From Balanoglossus misakiensis (Eukaryota > Animalia > Hemichordata): a DNA stretch of 64,000 nucleotides. Both the position numbers and the translations under genes were made by a program. The notes under the pieces are model-generated. The model saw only the letters and a program-made list of their open reading frames with translations, made no database searches and had not been told where the DNA came from. The stretch lies in NCBI GenBank assembly GCA_040954595.2, contig CM082580.2, positions 8,844,390 through 8,908,389 of the forward strand. Direction: 5' to 3'. Shown piece by piece: positions 45,914 through 60,973 of this stretch (position 1 is its first letter; each line of letters starts with the position of its first letter).

Positions 45914-48900
45914 CTGAAACACAAAGCGAATAACAAAAGTGATTATTAAAAAAGCTTCCAGTCACAAACTGAATCAATAATAATGTTTTGTGTCATTCAC
46001 GATAAGGGCATGTACAACGGACAACTGGCTAAACCTGCACATACAGGTGAGTTGAGGTTACAGGAAGTACATGTTATGACAAACATGTAAAAAGGTAGCC
46101 CCACCCTTCATATCAAAGTAATTCAACAGCATGCCATAGGAAACAGCCAACCCGGAAGAATATATACATTTCTAAAAATAACCTCAGTATATTTACAGAA
46201 CAAAACAGAGAAAAAATATACAATGAAGGGGATGCGTCATGTTTGCCCTCTTTTATATTTTTAATCTTGGCCTTTTTAAATCAATCATAATTGACCATGA
46301 ATTCATACAGAGAGATTTTTCATTCTTATCTAGGACACCTATACAATACATGCGCGTGTATCATATCTATATTCTGCTAGTTTTGTTTCAATCAAACTAT
46401 ACAAGGCCTGTGTAAACACCAACAGCTTGACCTAAGCGGCTTCTACAACAGAACGCCTGGTGTTTGTGTTTTTCATATCCCTGTACTCACCCCTCCTAAA
46501 AAAGATATCATAAATCATTATATTATTTCTATTCATTGCCGGTAATAACATCAATAACTTGCACATTGATTTGTCATATTGAAGGTGAAAGCAAACAAAA
46601 ACTGCGTAAGCTGGGTGAATTCCGGCTATCAAGTGAGCACTATTTCCCAGATTATGATGACAATAACCATATGATGAATAAGAGTATCACTTGGGGAATG
46701 CTGTTCATTTCGCACAATGCATCAGCTGTGAGCGTACTCGAGAAAGGGGTTAACCTCACTGAAGTGTGGACATCTACACACATAATGTGTACACACACAG
46801 CGTAGACAGTACAAATGATCACGGCTAAACCCCCAGTTCTTTGACATGGAAAGTATTTCACATTCGTACATTTTCACCTGGTATATAAACTACACGTACC
46901 AACCCACATATTTACATGTAACTGTATGCCCGTTAATCTAACATTATGCACATTGAAAACTCACACACAGCAATGCAAAAAAATCTCAAGTCGCAACATG
47001 CAGCACATGTTTGTATTTCAATCTATGAAAAAAAGGACAAAAAAATGACAGATTTAAAAACCTTGTTTGAACAAAGGTTCATTGGCAATAAAAATAACAC
47101 ATTATTACTTACAGTAGGTAAAACAAAACAATTTTTTTATAATATCTGTTGTAAATAAACCCTGACTGTGGCCTCCACGTGATGGACAGTCTATAATCAT
47201 CGAGGAACTGCAGCGAGTCTCCTCATTTCCGATCAGCAGACTGTCAGAATCACAGAATACAACCACGGCACAATTCCATTACAAATCCAATTCAATTTTT
47301 TTCAGGCCATATGGATCATTTATCAAAAAAGAGATCATATCTCCATTATACATAATTCATGTGCTTTCTCTACTATACACGTAGTGTTGGTTGAGGCAAG
47401 TCATTGCATTCTGATCCAACATGGATTAGCAATCTGGATCAAGCTTTAATCTAATCTGGTTATTAGACAGAACCAATGTTGCATTGCATGGCTACACACA
47501 AGAACATAACAAGTAAAAACATAGAAATTATGAAAAATATGGTTCTCTGTCTCACATGCATTTAGGAAATTATCTACTGACTAGCAAATGTGTGCTGTAA
47601 TAGCCTATGTTTTAATGCATTGCATCCTTGCATAAGCCTTTTATTCTGGATGGATGAAAAGCAAACAGATAAATACACAGAAAAAGGTATCTGCAAATCT
47701 GATTGGGGTCGCAATGTAGCCAGCTATGCAATCGGAATCTGCCAGGGCAGTGACCTACTTTGCAGCTTGGCTGGCGATCAACTCCCACACGCATGGTATG
47801 GCCAAGGACACGCAAATCTTCAAGGAGACCACGTACATTTCTGATATTGAGAACGCTTTCCCAGTGAAAAAGTAATGAGGCTGTGTTAGGTAGCCTCGTT
47901 TGGTTTTGGGACGAGTGTGGCAATATACATGTAGCAAACTGGGGTGGTTGTGTGCTTGCTGACGACAGACCCATGCGATGTACAGATTGAATCGAAATCC
48001 ACATACATGTAAATAAATACCCCTGAGGTCACGACTTTATTTTGTCAATTCCACAAGGTCAAGCTCTGTTCCCAACATGATCTGTCCTTCAGGGTAAAGT
48101 CTGTATGATGAAACCTCCACTGGTAACTTATGCAAACACAACAACACATGTACAGTTATGTGTGTTCACGTAACCCTGTTTCAATTTCAAATGTACAACA
48201 CTCCACAAAACAATGCCACAAAAATCACACAGTGCACAACGAAAATTGTCGCCAAATCATGCATTCAAAAACCAAATTCTTCAGAGGCGAGAAAAACTTC
48301 CTGAAAAACCGGAAGCCTAGAGATAGACGGTACCTGAAACCAGCGTGCTCCAAGTGCAACAGCTAATGATTAGCCAACAGAGGAAGAGAATTGTCGGTCC
48401 ACCGACTGGCTATGCAGGAATCTCCACAGCGACAGAAAAATCCAGCACACGTATGCACAGCAAGGCAGCCGTACAGTAAACTGTGACACAGGAGCATCAG
48501 ATTATTAAGTCCTCACGAATCCACGCCCGGCTGAATCCGGAGACTGCTCTGTCGCCTCTTTTATCAACGTACACACAAGCACACACGTCCAGGTGGGTGA
48601 ATGACCTTGCGCCCGAGAGCAGCACACCATCGCGTCGGCTGGGGCTTCGGCAGTCCTTGATAAACAGAATTACTTAGTCGTGTAATTCCACCAAGGATTG
48701 AGCACAGCACTGCTATGTGTCAACACGCGCCGCGTCAAACAGTTCCCGGTTATTGACACCGCTGAACAGAAACATCAATGTGCAATTTCTCCTCCAGTAC
48801 ATGGACATTCCGTTTGACATCAATTGTACAGCAGACATAAATTGTCACAGGATATATTATAAATAAATACACTGATGATTTTTCTTCCCTCTAGCAGTAG

Positions 48901-51900
48901 CACACCATGCCCATCCCATTGCATTGTTCAACGTGATCAGTGATTTTGGTATCAGTAATAAAAACACGCGTGGCCTTGAAATAATCCCACTTTGCTTGAA
49001 TGGTTTCATTGAATATCATGTATGTCAGCAGTCAGGTCGTCTACCTAAGTACTGTGATGGTCAGGTCATCTACCCACATTTGCCAAGTCAATACACAGAA
49101 CTATTAAACACGGTGAATGACCGGTGAGAATCATAATTATGTATTTGTCACTTATTTGCATACGTGGATTTGGAATGAAGGGGAACAAAGGTAGTAAAAT
49201 TCACTCACGGCAGACACCTTACAACAGCTATACATGTACATAACATCATGTAAACGTTGGTGTTGCCACATCACACAATTCCCCCTACCTACTCCATCAT
49301 GTCACATAAACAGCTAACAATTACACTGTAACCGATACGACTCACCATTGGCCCTGTATCCCACATAAACTCGAGTCTCCCATGTTAAATTACCCACACC
49401 ATACACCACATCTCAATCGTCACTATTGTCAGCAGCACAATACAAATCAGTTGCACAATACACTCACTAAGGGCAGAGGGTGATTTACTGGCCATTTCTT
49501 TTCTGCGGGATTTTATAAACACTGCAAAAGATTTGAATATAGATACTTACGCCTACATACATCACATGTCATTCATATCTCCACAAAACTGGCTCACACA
49601 CCACTTCCTCAAAACTCGACTTTTCCTGTGGAAAATGTGCGTGGGTGGGGGGAGTTTGTCCTTCCCTGGGAGGAATCGCAAATGAAAACTATCCCAATTT
49701 GCATTCTGATACATTTTCAATTGTTATACACCGATTGCTGTTATTGAAAAGATGATTTTTTTTCTGACCTATTACAGAGTCGCACGATTGTAAAGCCCTC
49801 GATATGGACGCAATGCACGTGTGTCAATACAACAGTGATTGTGGCGGTAACACAGCCATATGGCAAACATGCCAGAGGTTACAAGCTATTTTAATTTGAT
49901 TTGCCCAATATCGATTGAGCGATTACAACTGATTTCACCATAATTGCTCGGTGCCTTGCGCAGCCAACATGCAAGAAACATTTAGCCTTACATTCTAGTG
50001 GACAACACAGTTCTCTTCAGACCAGTCTGCTGATTAAACGGATTTTTCAAACACGTGTGAAATATTAACTGGAGGGCCTACCGGAAACAAAATTCCCGGG
50101 TTATTAAATACACATCTCAAAAGAACACAGAAACTGTCTAATAACCCACAACTTTTGAAAGTGTACCACGAACGTGACATAGTGTTTTGTGGGATGGCAT
50201 ACTATGAAAGTTTCATCTGGATTGCTTTTTTTTGGGCTCACACATATTTGAATTAAATTCCTTGTAAAAAATGATGAAGCCACGAACATATCTATACCTC
50301 TGTCGGCATTTCCTTCAAAAAAGGCAAATAATCAGACAAACGCTGCCATCCTTCCTTCGGAACAACAGGAACACAACAATAGACCATTGATTATTCCATA
50401 TGTTTTATGCCGGCATGTTTTTTCATGAACTCGGAGGAATTTTTATCTATTCAAGGGTAAACATTCTTGTGTTTATGGCATGAGGGAATAGAGATGGCTC
50501 AAGGTGAAATGGGGTGTAAACTATGTGCAGACAGGCATCACAGTTATTCTTACTGCTAATATTGTTTACTTAAAATGTTCTTGACAGTTGTCTTTCGCTA
50601 TTCTCTTTCAAATACAGAATTATATCTGAACAATGTCGAATAAATACATGTATGTCTCAATAACAAGACATGTTAATTTCATCAGAAATTATATTTTATA
50701 TTGTATACATACTTAGCACAGCAATTAACACAACAAATTCAGCACAGAGTATTGGAATCAAATGGGATAGTCTAGACATCAAGAATTTACAAACACATAC
50801 TATCTTAGTTATGTACATGTAGATTTGATACACAAAACAGAGGATAATAGCATCTTTGCAATGAAAGTGCCACAACGACCCTTGACCCTAAATCAGGATA
50901 TAACGGCCTCCATGGTATGCTAAAAAAACCACAATCAATATTAGCAACTGAACTGTCAATACGCCTAACAGTGTTAGCAATTATTGATGGGATTAGGTAA
51001 AACACTATTATAATGAACTAACAAAAGGGGCACACCGCTGTGCTGAATGTAATTAGGCAAGGCTCAGTTATGTTAGTAATCTACTGTTGTCTCAAAATAG
51101 GCCTTTCACACAACCACACACACTCTCCACCAGTTCAACAGACATGGAAAAGTCTACATTCCTGTCATGTTGGATCTTCTCACTACTACAGTTGAGAGCG
51201 GACACCCTTTGTAAAATATGGAAGACCTGTCAATGGCTTTGACATGGGAGTGACACCTGGTTTCAAGCAGCTTCTCTCATAAACCTGTCATTCTGCTGCT
51301 ATTTTTTTTATTTATTTCAACATCGAAATGTCCGACATGAGACTGGGTGGGGTGACAGTTTTGTTAATTTCTCTCAAATTAGTAGTGTGATGCAAACGTC
51401 CAGAAAATATTTATGCTGATTCAGCAATTCTCGATTTTCTTGTCTAAACGAAAATCTGTCTGGGATGTTACATGACAGGTGCTGTAAATTTTCCCCCAGA
51501 TACACGTACTTAAAATTGTTTCTGTGTACAATTTATGTAAAAAGTGTTTTGGTCATTTTCGAAGAAAACCATGCTTTAATAATGTGTCTCAACTGTCCAT
51601 TCCTGGATTAAAATTATGTTAATTACAGAGACAAGCACACATACACTTCTTGACAATTCTAATCAAACTTCCTTAATCAGTAAGAATTCAGTGAAGCCAC
51701 ACAGTGAATGGTATGCAAGGTGGAAATCTGTACAAAACTTTTTTTTACTTTCAAAAGGTGCCAGTTCAAGACAGTGAGTGAGTGACCCGCCATTCAAACT
51801 CTGTGAACCAGAACATCAGGGATCTGTTCGCTAGTCTGTTTCCTGGTAGAAATCTACCCTCAATTTGGCTGAATTTTTGTCACTGATGCAACAACGGTGA

Positions 51901-54499
51901 AATTCCGAATTACATTTAAACGGCGAAATTGCTGTTCGTCCTACACTTTCTAATGGGACAGGACAAATGAAATATTCCACAGGGATTTCAATTCAGGGGG
52001 AGAGTGAAAGCCTGCAGAAAAAAGAGAGACAAAACTCATCCTTCAATATGTCATACTTTTGAAAAGAGGCTAGAATAACCGCCCATGACATGACAGGGGC
52101 CAACTGGGCAGCCATCACATATCCAACATATACATGTTTATGACTTGCAAACGGCCTACATTAGAGTAACTGTCCATGACCTGACTGGGAGGTTATCATG
52201 TAAATGGGGAATGCATGCTTTTTGAAGGATGTGGGAATGTCAGTACTGCGTGGATTGCATCAATTCTAAATTGTGCTTTTCCAGAGCTGTGGATTTTTTC
52301 AATTAATGAGCAAGGCCATTTCGTTTTTCAGAAGTCGAGGTTGAAGTCTCTTTACTGGGACTTATCTGCCATGTGATCTCTAATATATGTACATCAGACA
52401 GGAATTTTGTATCATCAGACTTTTTTGTTTATCCTACACACTTTAAAAAAAAGAGACATAATTACAGGCTTTTGCATGTGAACCGTTGCTGATTAAAACT
52501 AATATTTCAAACCAACTCGGCGCAAAAGCAGAAACACTAGACTTAGTACAGGAACAGAGTGTTACTGGCATCCAGTACATCCTATCATGGAACAGTCCTG
52601 TAGGAAGTACGCTGAAGTGCTGTGACCAGATGTTTCCCTGGTGTGACACTGCATCGATTGTGGATGTGTACATTACATGTAAATGTACACGTACTATACA
52701 CTGTGCTATACGCTAACTGCATGAACAAAGTGAAGAATTGGTTGCATCAGATGCTAATCAACACAAGTTATTTTGGAAATCTATTAACACACACATGTGT
52801 GAATGTGTTATCACTAGCATACAAAGCAAGACAATATCGCCCATTTTTATCTTTTGTGAGGGTTTCTTATGTATTGTCTATGGATCTGACCATCACACAT
52901 GGACACTAACTGTCTGTGCAACTGGCCATCACCCATCCCAAATGACACAAGGATATCACCGACAATACAACATGTAAATCAACAGTACACATGGCTATAA
53001 TGGGCTATAATCCCCACATTCAAATATAGTTAATCAATATTTCTCACCTCTGAAAATGTGTACAATAGACATACATAATTGTGGCCAGTGTACGTGATAA
53101 ACATGACTTTGTAATATTGTAGGACATGGTCACAATGCTGAAATCTATCGTCCATCGAGCCTTGTACTGAATTGTGGGTGGCATACTTCTGAATTGACAA
53201 GTGTCATCTCCACCTGTGTGTTCCACTTCCCTGACCTTGCACTATACACTCGCTTCCTCTGGATTATCCTCGCAGTTTATCATAATTTCATATCTGACAG
53301 GCTAAATTATCAATCATCTGAACGTGATGGTACATGTAGATAATGATTTGGTCAGCTTCCCCAGCCATATACCAGGCACTTCCTGTGAATATTGTATACA
53401 GCACACAGTACGTTTCCAGGACAAGAAATCTGAGACCTTCACCAATACTGTAACATCTTTACACGCATTTGGTACATATATGTTCATTCTTTAGCTTGGT
53501 AACTGATGTTAATATTCATGGGGGTGGACCGGACCAATTTCAACCTGTTGCATGACTTAATCACCCCTATCATTCAGTTACCAAGTCCACCAACACCAAG
53601 AGAAAACAACCACCATGGAACCAAACTGGAGGAGACGGTCACAGAGTTAATTTTGTACATCACCTAAATTCAAGAATATGCAAAATACTGCCATGTCTCA
53701 TTCCACCGACAGAAATACATGTATCATCACACAATCGAAACTTCAGTTCAGTACAAAATAATGACCCTACAAATTTGTGATAACCCATGCAAATCAGCAC
53801 ATTTATTTGGAATACCTAGAATGTATAGTGTACATGTGCACATTGCTCCTACAAGTGAGAATCATGGGAATCATGATGAACATGGAAATACCATGAATAT
53901 GTCTACTGAACCCACAACTTTTGAAAGAGGAAGTTGCACCCAGAACATTTTTTGAAATCCTACAAGAATTGCACATGGGCAAAGTGATTTATGTTTGATT
54001 ACACTGACATGATTCTGGATTACAGCAAAACAATGACAAATAGTACTGTAGTCGTGCTGATCTTCAATGCAACATAGACTAAGGTTTGGATCAGAGTGCT
54101 ATCAAACCTTAGCTAAATGATGCTAAATTATGTTACATGGACGATAGACCCCTTTCTCAACTTATATTTATGGTGGTCATAAAATCCAGCTTATTGTATT
54201 ATAAGGAAGTAAATGCATTTTGTACAAACATATGTCTGGAAATGGCCCACTGCAAATGTCTTTGACATAAGTAACTATTGATAAAAATATTATGATCACA
54301 GAAGCACACATTTAACACGATCCTTTAGGAATGCAGTTGTAGCATTTGAAGCCATAACTTCTGTATATTGCAATCATTTAAATATGAACTTCAAGGTCAT
54401 GGCAAAACGTAAATACCCCCAAAAGTAAATCCAGTGAATCCTTAAATGCCTAAGAGAACTCTCGGTTTTACATCACAGGGCTGTCCGCTGTCGGACACA

Positions 54500-55330
54500 T
54501 CCAAAATTCGTCCGTAGGATGGTTACATTCAATATAGTGCGTCGTCCCAAACGGGTACGTTTCAGATCCATTCGGGTCCACCCAATTCGAACGTATTTCG
54601 AAATCACTTCCCTGTGTACAACAAGTCGCCGAAGCTAAAGTTCGCGCCGTGAGGCGGGTATAAAAGATGACATTGCGTGATCGGGGCACGTCGTTCTTTA
54701 ACATCGCCAATGATTACAACATCTGCAAGATATCTATGAAATTCCGGGCAAAAACATTGGTGGATAGATCGCAAACCAAAGGCAACGCCGCACCGGAAAT
54801 TTCTATCTCGACCCCATCAGTGTCTAACTTTTGACAATTGAAATTAAAACTTACCACTCCAATTTAATGAGCAGTGGGTTGGTGCAACTGCACGGTGATA
54901 ACGTCCCCACTGAAAACACCTTGACGTCCAACAGGTATATAGCGGATAAAAAACAGAAAACGTCCAAGAAATTTACTAAACAAGTGTGTCATCCAAACGT
55001 TAGGTCGCCATTTCTGTGCCCTCTCGATAAAACTTGATTTGCTGAAGTCGGAAAACTAGAACCCGATTCGTCATGTACAGTATGTAAAATTTAACCTGAT
55101 GGTAGACATTTTGCCGTTAAAATTGTTGATATTTAATTTCTAGTGAAACAGGCTTTGAAAATGTGCAACAAAACTTTACATTTTATTCTAAAATGTCCCT
55201 AAATGCATTTGAACTTTGTTATACGTATTCACGAATGGTTTGCTTAATAGAGGTTAACATGGCGGTCATTTTTATGTCACTTGAAAAACGGCCTCGCCCA
55301 TTGGCCAGGCGAGAAGGAAGTATTCGCTTT
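54500..55330 (-). promoter_or_regulatory. Probable p190RhoGAP promoter and non-coding first exon (donor near 54855/54854)
   Basis: CpG-enriched patch in an AT-rich background. Minus-strand donor G|GTAAGT at 54854-54849. ETS-like ACCGGAAAT near 54792 and YY1-like AACATGGCG near 55256. Confidence 0.4.
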
Positions 55331-56806
55331 GGAAACACAACTCTGTCGAAATCAATACGTTTTAATCAGTTATACATCATTAGCATAGCATAAGAGTGGG
55401 GCGGCGCAAATCTGTAGTTCCGAAACACTTCCCTATGAAAGTAAAGCCAAACATTTTTGCCGTTAGAATCCGAGCAAGTCAGTGCGCAGGATCCAATGAA
55501 ACACTATTTCTTATGTACCCTTAGACGCTTCAATTGGATGTCAATTATCACGGGGCAAGATATCATTACGTCATATGAATTTCACCCCAGGGAATATACC
55601 TGTGTGTGTGTTGATAGTAGGCATATGTCACACAGATTGTTCAGAAGATTAGTTCTGTTCGCTACAATTTTATGAATGTGTCACACGGTTATAAACAAAA
55701 CCAGCCCAGGGTCGCGTCGTGTATGCATGGAAATGAAACGTGACATATATTAAATTGCATGAAACATTCCAAGTTCGGCATACACACATATATATATTTT
55801 TTTTGGGGGGGGGGGGGGGGCTAATGTTTTATTGAAATTATTATATTTTCATGTTTATTAGTGTTTTTATATTATTTCAATTCTTCCCCTGGAAAATTTA
55901 CTTGCAGTTCAATATTATTTCATTTAGATTTTTTATTCCTTGACCTTATTTACTCTACTCTAAAACTCTCCTTAGGAAGTTCATAGCCCACGCCCGTGTA
56001 ATATGTTAATAAAAGCAAGACCAGTTCCAAAATGTTGTGGGTCATGCCAGCACTTATCGAAATCAAACTACAGAGGGCGCCCAATCGAAAATCTGTAAAT
56101 GTCTGTAGACCATAGTACCGTATTACTATCCCAATGTCCTAAAAGTAAACTGGTGCATGCAGCAATGGTTAGTTGGATGTACACTGGCATGACACACCAA
56201 CACACACATCACACACAATTTATCATACCAGCATACATCACTGCACGCACAAGGCACACCACTCCTCACGATCAGACTAAATTTATTACAAGTTCTGCAA
56301 ACAAACAATAATCTGGAAATTTTCTATAAGTTTACATATTCTCCTTTATCTCTTGGAATAAAAAAAGACAACAGACCTGTCTCTCTCTCTCTGAATGGGG
56401 GGGGGGGGGGGTACAATATATCAAGAGCTGCTCCATGTTAATGTATCAACGGGCAGAAATTTGGTGGAGGGGTCGATCCACTCTGACAAGATTTCACAAA
56501 TTCATCTGATAAAAGTCATGCACACTTCATCAGTACATTTGAGAGGTATTTCCACAAATCCCTCCCCTGCCCTAGCTGACATAAATACACTTGTATTCCT
56601 TACTGACAATGAATAAAACTGTTTGCCAAGTATGTCCAGTACATGTAGTACTTTTGGTCTCATTGGAATATGAGACATATTTCACATGGTGGAATATGAG
56701 ACACTTCATCGGTAAAAACATATCTCCTCCACTGGTAAACATTGTGGCAGGTTGTTACAAATCTGAAAGATCAACTTATGAGACAAATGTCATTGTGTTC
56801 ATTATT

Positions 56807-59800
56807 CTACGTCAACTTCTTTCTTTTCCTGGAAGTGGGTTTCTCGAAGGTTTGCTTCAAGCCGGCAGCGTGGGTGTTCTGGAATTTCAAGTTCATGGTT
56901 GTGTCCGAGGCCCAGGGCGAGTCGAATTGCGTCGTGTCTTGGTCCACCAGGTGAGTGTACTTGGTACGACCTGAACGACCAAAGTTTTTGACCTGGGAAA
57001 AAAAATGGATAAGCACAGATAAAAACCCAGAAACATTCAGTGAGTGATTTCCCTGTTGGTCACATAAATTAGCTGATTTTCGGTTCAGGGAAAGTTTGAG
57101 TAATCTTTAATGGGCCCAAGTTGGTGAGATGAAGAGTAACCAAAAGTCACCAAGAGAAACCAGCATCAAACTCATTGTCAATATTGTTTTGTTTTCCAGA
57201 AAACATTCTACGGTAAAACCTGTCTGAAACTAACACTGTCTAAACTGGAAACCAGCCGCTTGAATTGCATGTCAGAGAATAGACTCTAAGCAGTCGCTGT
57301 GCCTATGGAACTTTCGGAACTGCGTCAGCGTACGTGGACGCGCCGCCAGGCAAAGCGACTGTACGTTTCTGCACACATATATTTGATATGAATATTCATG
57401 AGCGGCGTTAATTTGCATGTAGAACATCTAGAAGCGCACAAAGCTCGCGATAACGCCCAAAAATGCGTATTCTGTACCTGGTATGTACGCGTATAGAACT
57501 CATGTTGACGCGACGCTAATTTGATTGACAGACATATGACGTTCGAATGTTCTCCGCTACTTACCAAAATCTGGTAAAACCACTTGAGGGCGTTTACAGA
57601 ATCGGCAAGACTGTGTGATTAGCGTCGCGTCCTGTTCTATACGCAACGCGGACGCGCATTTCTTTTTCAGTATCACACAGTCTTGGAGCAAGACTAGTCA
57701 GAGAACAGCAGTGTGACATTGCCTAGAAACACAAAGATACCCACCTGCATAACCTTAGGCAGGACTGATTTGTCGAAATGATCCTCTAGAGTTGGTGAGG
57801 AGAAATCCTGAGTGAAAACACCATCTTCTTTATCCTGGGAAAGAATCAATATCATGGGTTATGTTAGATACTTCATAAGGACGGCAACTTCAAAAATGTT
57901 GAAAAGAATGTTGAAAAGTTTTTCTATGTCCAAATCACCAATTTCACTGCACCAAACTCACGTCAGTCTCGCCTATCCAATTACTTGACTTACCAGGAAG
58001 AAGGCACCACGGTGGTAGTATTTCTGCAAAAACCTGTATTTTCCCTTCTGCGCTTTGTTGGTGACCAATTTGGGGTTATTCCTAGCCTCTGCTCGCCTCT
58101 CTTCCTCTGTCATGTTGCGCAGACGTTCAACTTCGATGTGTTCCTTCTCCATCCTGAAGTAAAATAAATTAAAAATGGGAATCAACTGAACAGCAACTAC
58201 AATGTACTGAGACACTGACCACCCATGCCATCAACTACTGCACTCATATCAACACTGCCCTCAAGTGACCACAAACGACAAAACTTTCTTTTCTTCCAAT
58301 CCATCCTCTGGGGTCATCTATCACTTACTGTTCTCTTTCTTCTCTGGCTCGTTTGATTCTCTTCAACTCTCGCACCTTCCATGCTTCGTACTCCTCCTCG
58401 TCATTTTCATCGTCTGTCACGACGACATCACTTGGATCTTTGGCATTTTGCTCCTGTTGAAGTTCCTTTCTGGCCTCCTCTTCCACCATCTGCTCAGAAT
58501 TACAAACAAACAAGTGGTCAGGGTAACCTACTGACTTCTGTTGAACCGCTGGCAGTAGCACTCTCCTTTCTATAGTTAAACTGATTAACTTCACATCCAA
58601 TCTTCATGTAGCACTATATTCTGACAATAAAGGGTCAATGTACCTTCACTGATTGTTTCTTTCTGTCTTCAGCAAGTTTTTTAGCCTCTGTCTCCAACTC
58701 CCTCTGTTTCATGGCTTCTATTTCTTTTTCTTGGATGGTAATTCTGTCTTTCCTGCGAGCAACAGTAAAAATGCAGCGTTATTAGTAACTATAACATTCC
58801 TTATTCCTAGAAATCCTCAAATTGACAAAAAGCTTTAAAAATATCATGTTTGTCGGAGGGCACACTGATCCCATCACAACTAAGACAAAGACCAGGCACA
58901 AACTCACTTGGCTACAAACACCGGCTTCAACCTGGGTCCAGTCTCCTCCTCAGAATCCGAGTACTCCTCGTACTCCGACGATTCCTCCTCCGACTCGTGC
59001 TCCTCATCCTCCTCCCCGACGTCCATCACCTCCTCCTCCATCTGCATCTTGTCCCTGGCTCGCTGCCTCATCAAGCTTCTCCGGTTTTCAATCTCCTCCT
59101 CCTCCAGTTCCTCCTCCTCCTCTTCGCTGCTCTCTTCCATCTCCATGTCAACCCGCCTCCTGTAGTTGTCATCTTCATCATCCTCGTCTTCCCCCTCCTC
59201 GCTGCCTGATAATATTTCTGGTCCTCCTATTTCAGACTGTCTTGTTGGTCTGTAGGCAAAATAAATGAAAATTTGCAGTTCCAGGAAAGATACTAAAGAT
59301 TTTTTAATGTGTGATCAGTAGTCTATAGACATTTGTTTGTGTTTTACATTGTGTATCAATAGTCTGTAAATATTTGGTGCAATTCAGTAGTAAACTACCT
59401 CCTGCTCAGCGCTACAGACAAAATGAGCTTTCTCACCGAAGGAGGTACGTTAACACATACTGTATCTACCCAGTACTGGTATGTAGGAAAAATCAGACCC
59501 TCGTCTTGCTATAAAGTCAGTGGAAAAGATGCCAAGACACTGATGGCAGTGTTAGGATTGGCCAGGTACATTGTACATGTATAGTGATACCGTGTGACAC
59601 TGGTGGCATTCTCGAGCGACTCACCTGGCGTCTGTTTCATGGTCTTCCGTCTCCCGATGTCTCTGCCTTATTCTCTGAAGCCGGCGGTCCTCTTCCTCTT
59701 CGTTCAGTTCCTCTTCTGCCTCTTGCTGGCCGGCTTTTTTCCGCCTCACGAATGCCACCTCCAATTCTTCCTCCTCTTCGTCGCTGGATTCCGGTGCATA

Positions 59801-60331
59801 GTCAGGCCTGTGTGGAGCGAAATATGCCTGTTCAAATCATTCTGCTCAAACTGATATTTCTGCGCAACTTGTGTGAAAAACATGACCATAGCATAGATGT
59901 GAGTCAGGTATTCTACTATACTTGACTATGTCATTTGAGTATCTAATTGATATCAAAACAAGTTACCTTTTCCCAGATACATAACGCTGCACCTTGACCT
60001 TCTGCATGGTGAGTTCACCTGATGAAAGAAAGGCAAGAAGAATGTTAGAGTCTTCACTGCCTGTACTTGTTACTACATCATCATCATCATCATCATCAAA
60101 TTATGTAGTGGGACAGCAAATAGGCACAAACAATTGTGTCAGAAATTTAAGGGTTTCTGTTCAAGATTTCTTTCACGTTCGGAGTCAGATATCTATTACG
60201 TCCATGGACATATTTATCATGACTGATTTCTGCACTGCAAGGGTCAACCACTCACCTTTCTCATTTCGAATGGGGATAGCACCAGCTGTAGACTGGATCT
60301 GGGCCTTCAAGCTTGCTAACGTTGCATCCAT
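56807..60331 (-). CDS. MFAP1: Microfibrillar-associated protein 1 (spliceosomal B-complex protein, Spp381-like), 9 exons, about 452 aa
   Basis: Exons 60331-60256, 60018-59967, 59807-59625, 59249-58908, 58752-58644, 58489-58329, 58153-57994, 57834-57745, 56992-56807, totalling 1359 nt in frame. Motifs [125 protein letters not shown]. Confidence 0.96.
57280..57696. mobile_element. 417-bp non-autonomous transposon insertion in MFAP1 intron 8 with a 9-bp target-site duplication
   Basis: Direct repeat GTCAGAGAA at 57271-57279 and 57697-57705. Termini TAGACT...AGACTA. The interior is CpG-rich, unlike the flanks. A 14-bp subterminal inverted repeat lies at 57606-57619 and 57672-57685. Confidence 0.75.
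60075..60098. repeat. (CAT)n trinucleotide microsatellite in MFAP1 intron 1
   Basis: About 8 CAT units. Confidence 0.9.
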
Positions 60332-60800
60332 TTTGAGGAAACTGTTGTGGTCTTTTCGAAAGGAGGGTATTCACACGATAAGGATAAAGACACGTGAAAT
60401 GTTTGCCGGTTCTAACCCAGTTTCCCTCGGAAACAACGGACCAACCGCTCGATTCTCCGATTCCTTGTCAATGTGCGTGCACGAATAGCCTTTACGGAAG
60501 TGCTGTCCGTCTTGTAGCTCCTATGGCGGAACGCTCACTGACTGTGAGCTAATATGTCGATAGAGAGAATCCTTAGTTAAGTGTAGATCTTACGGTAACT
60601 TTAAGACATTCTCGTTGATTTAGATCGGGCACTTCTCGGGATCGTCAGCGACGCTTACCACATGCACAGTGTTTCATGCAGTGTGTACAACAACAAAATG
60701 GACGTGCTACCCAGAATGCAATATCGGTGATTGCCGTTGCTGGCGCTTCACTGAAGTTACTCAGTCTCATGCAAGGAGGCAGGAAATAGAACTCACATGA
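60332..60800 (-). promoter_or_regulatory. MFAP1 5' UTR and promoter region
   Basis: CpG-rich segment directly upstream of the ATG, with ETS-like ACGGAAGTG near 60494 and ATGGCGG near 60523. Confidence 0.45.
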
Positions 60801-60905
60801 TTTCAGTCAGCAGAATGAACGAAAATACAAATGGCCTATTCCAAATCGAGGAATTGGAGACAGCGACCAAGTCTTTTAATTACTGATCCCACCGCGAAGA
60901 TCCCG

Positions 60906-60908
<3 letters not shown>

Positions 60909-60970
<62 letters not shown>
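60909..60970. repeat. (GA)n microsatellite
   Basis: Uninterrupted GA run of about 31 units. Confidence 0.97.

Positions 60971-60973
<3 letters not shown>

Noticed and set aside
56664-56703. Direct repeat TGGAATATGAGACA x2 in the MFAP1 3' UTR
   Set aside because: Only two copies of 14 bp, best explained as a small local duplication. It is not an array or CRISPR-like.
58822-59268. Pro/Ser/Leu-rich plus-strand ORFs
   Set aside because: Reverse complement of the Glu/Asp-rich MFAP1 exon.
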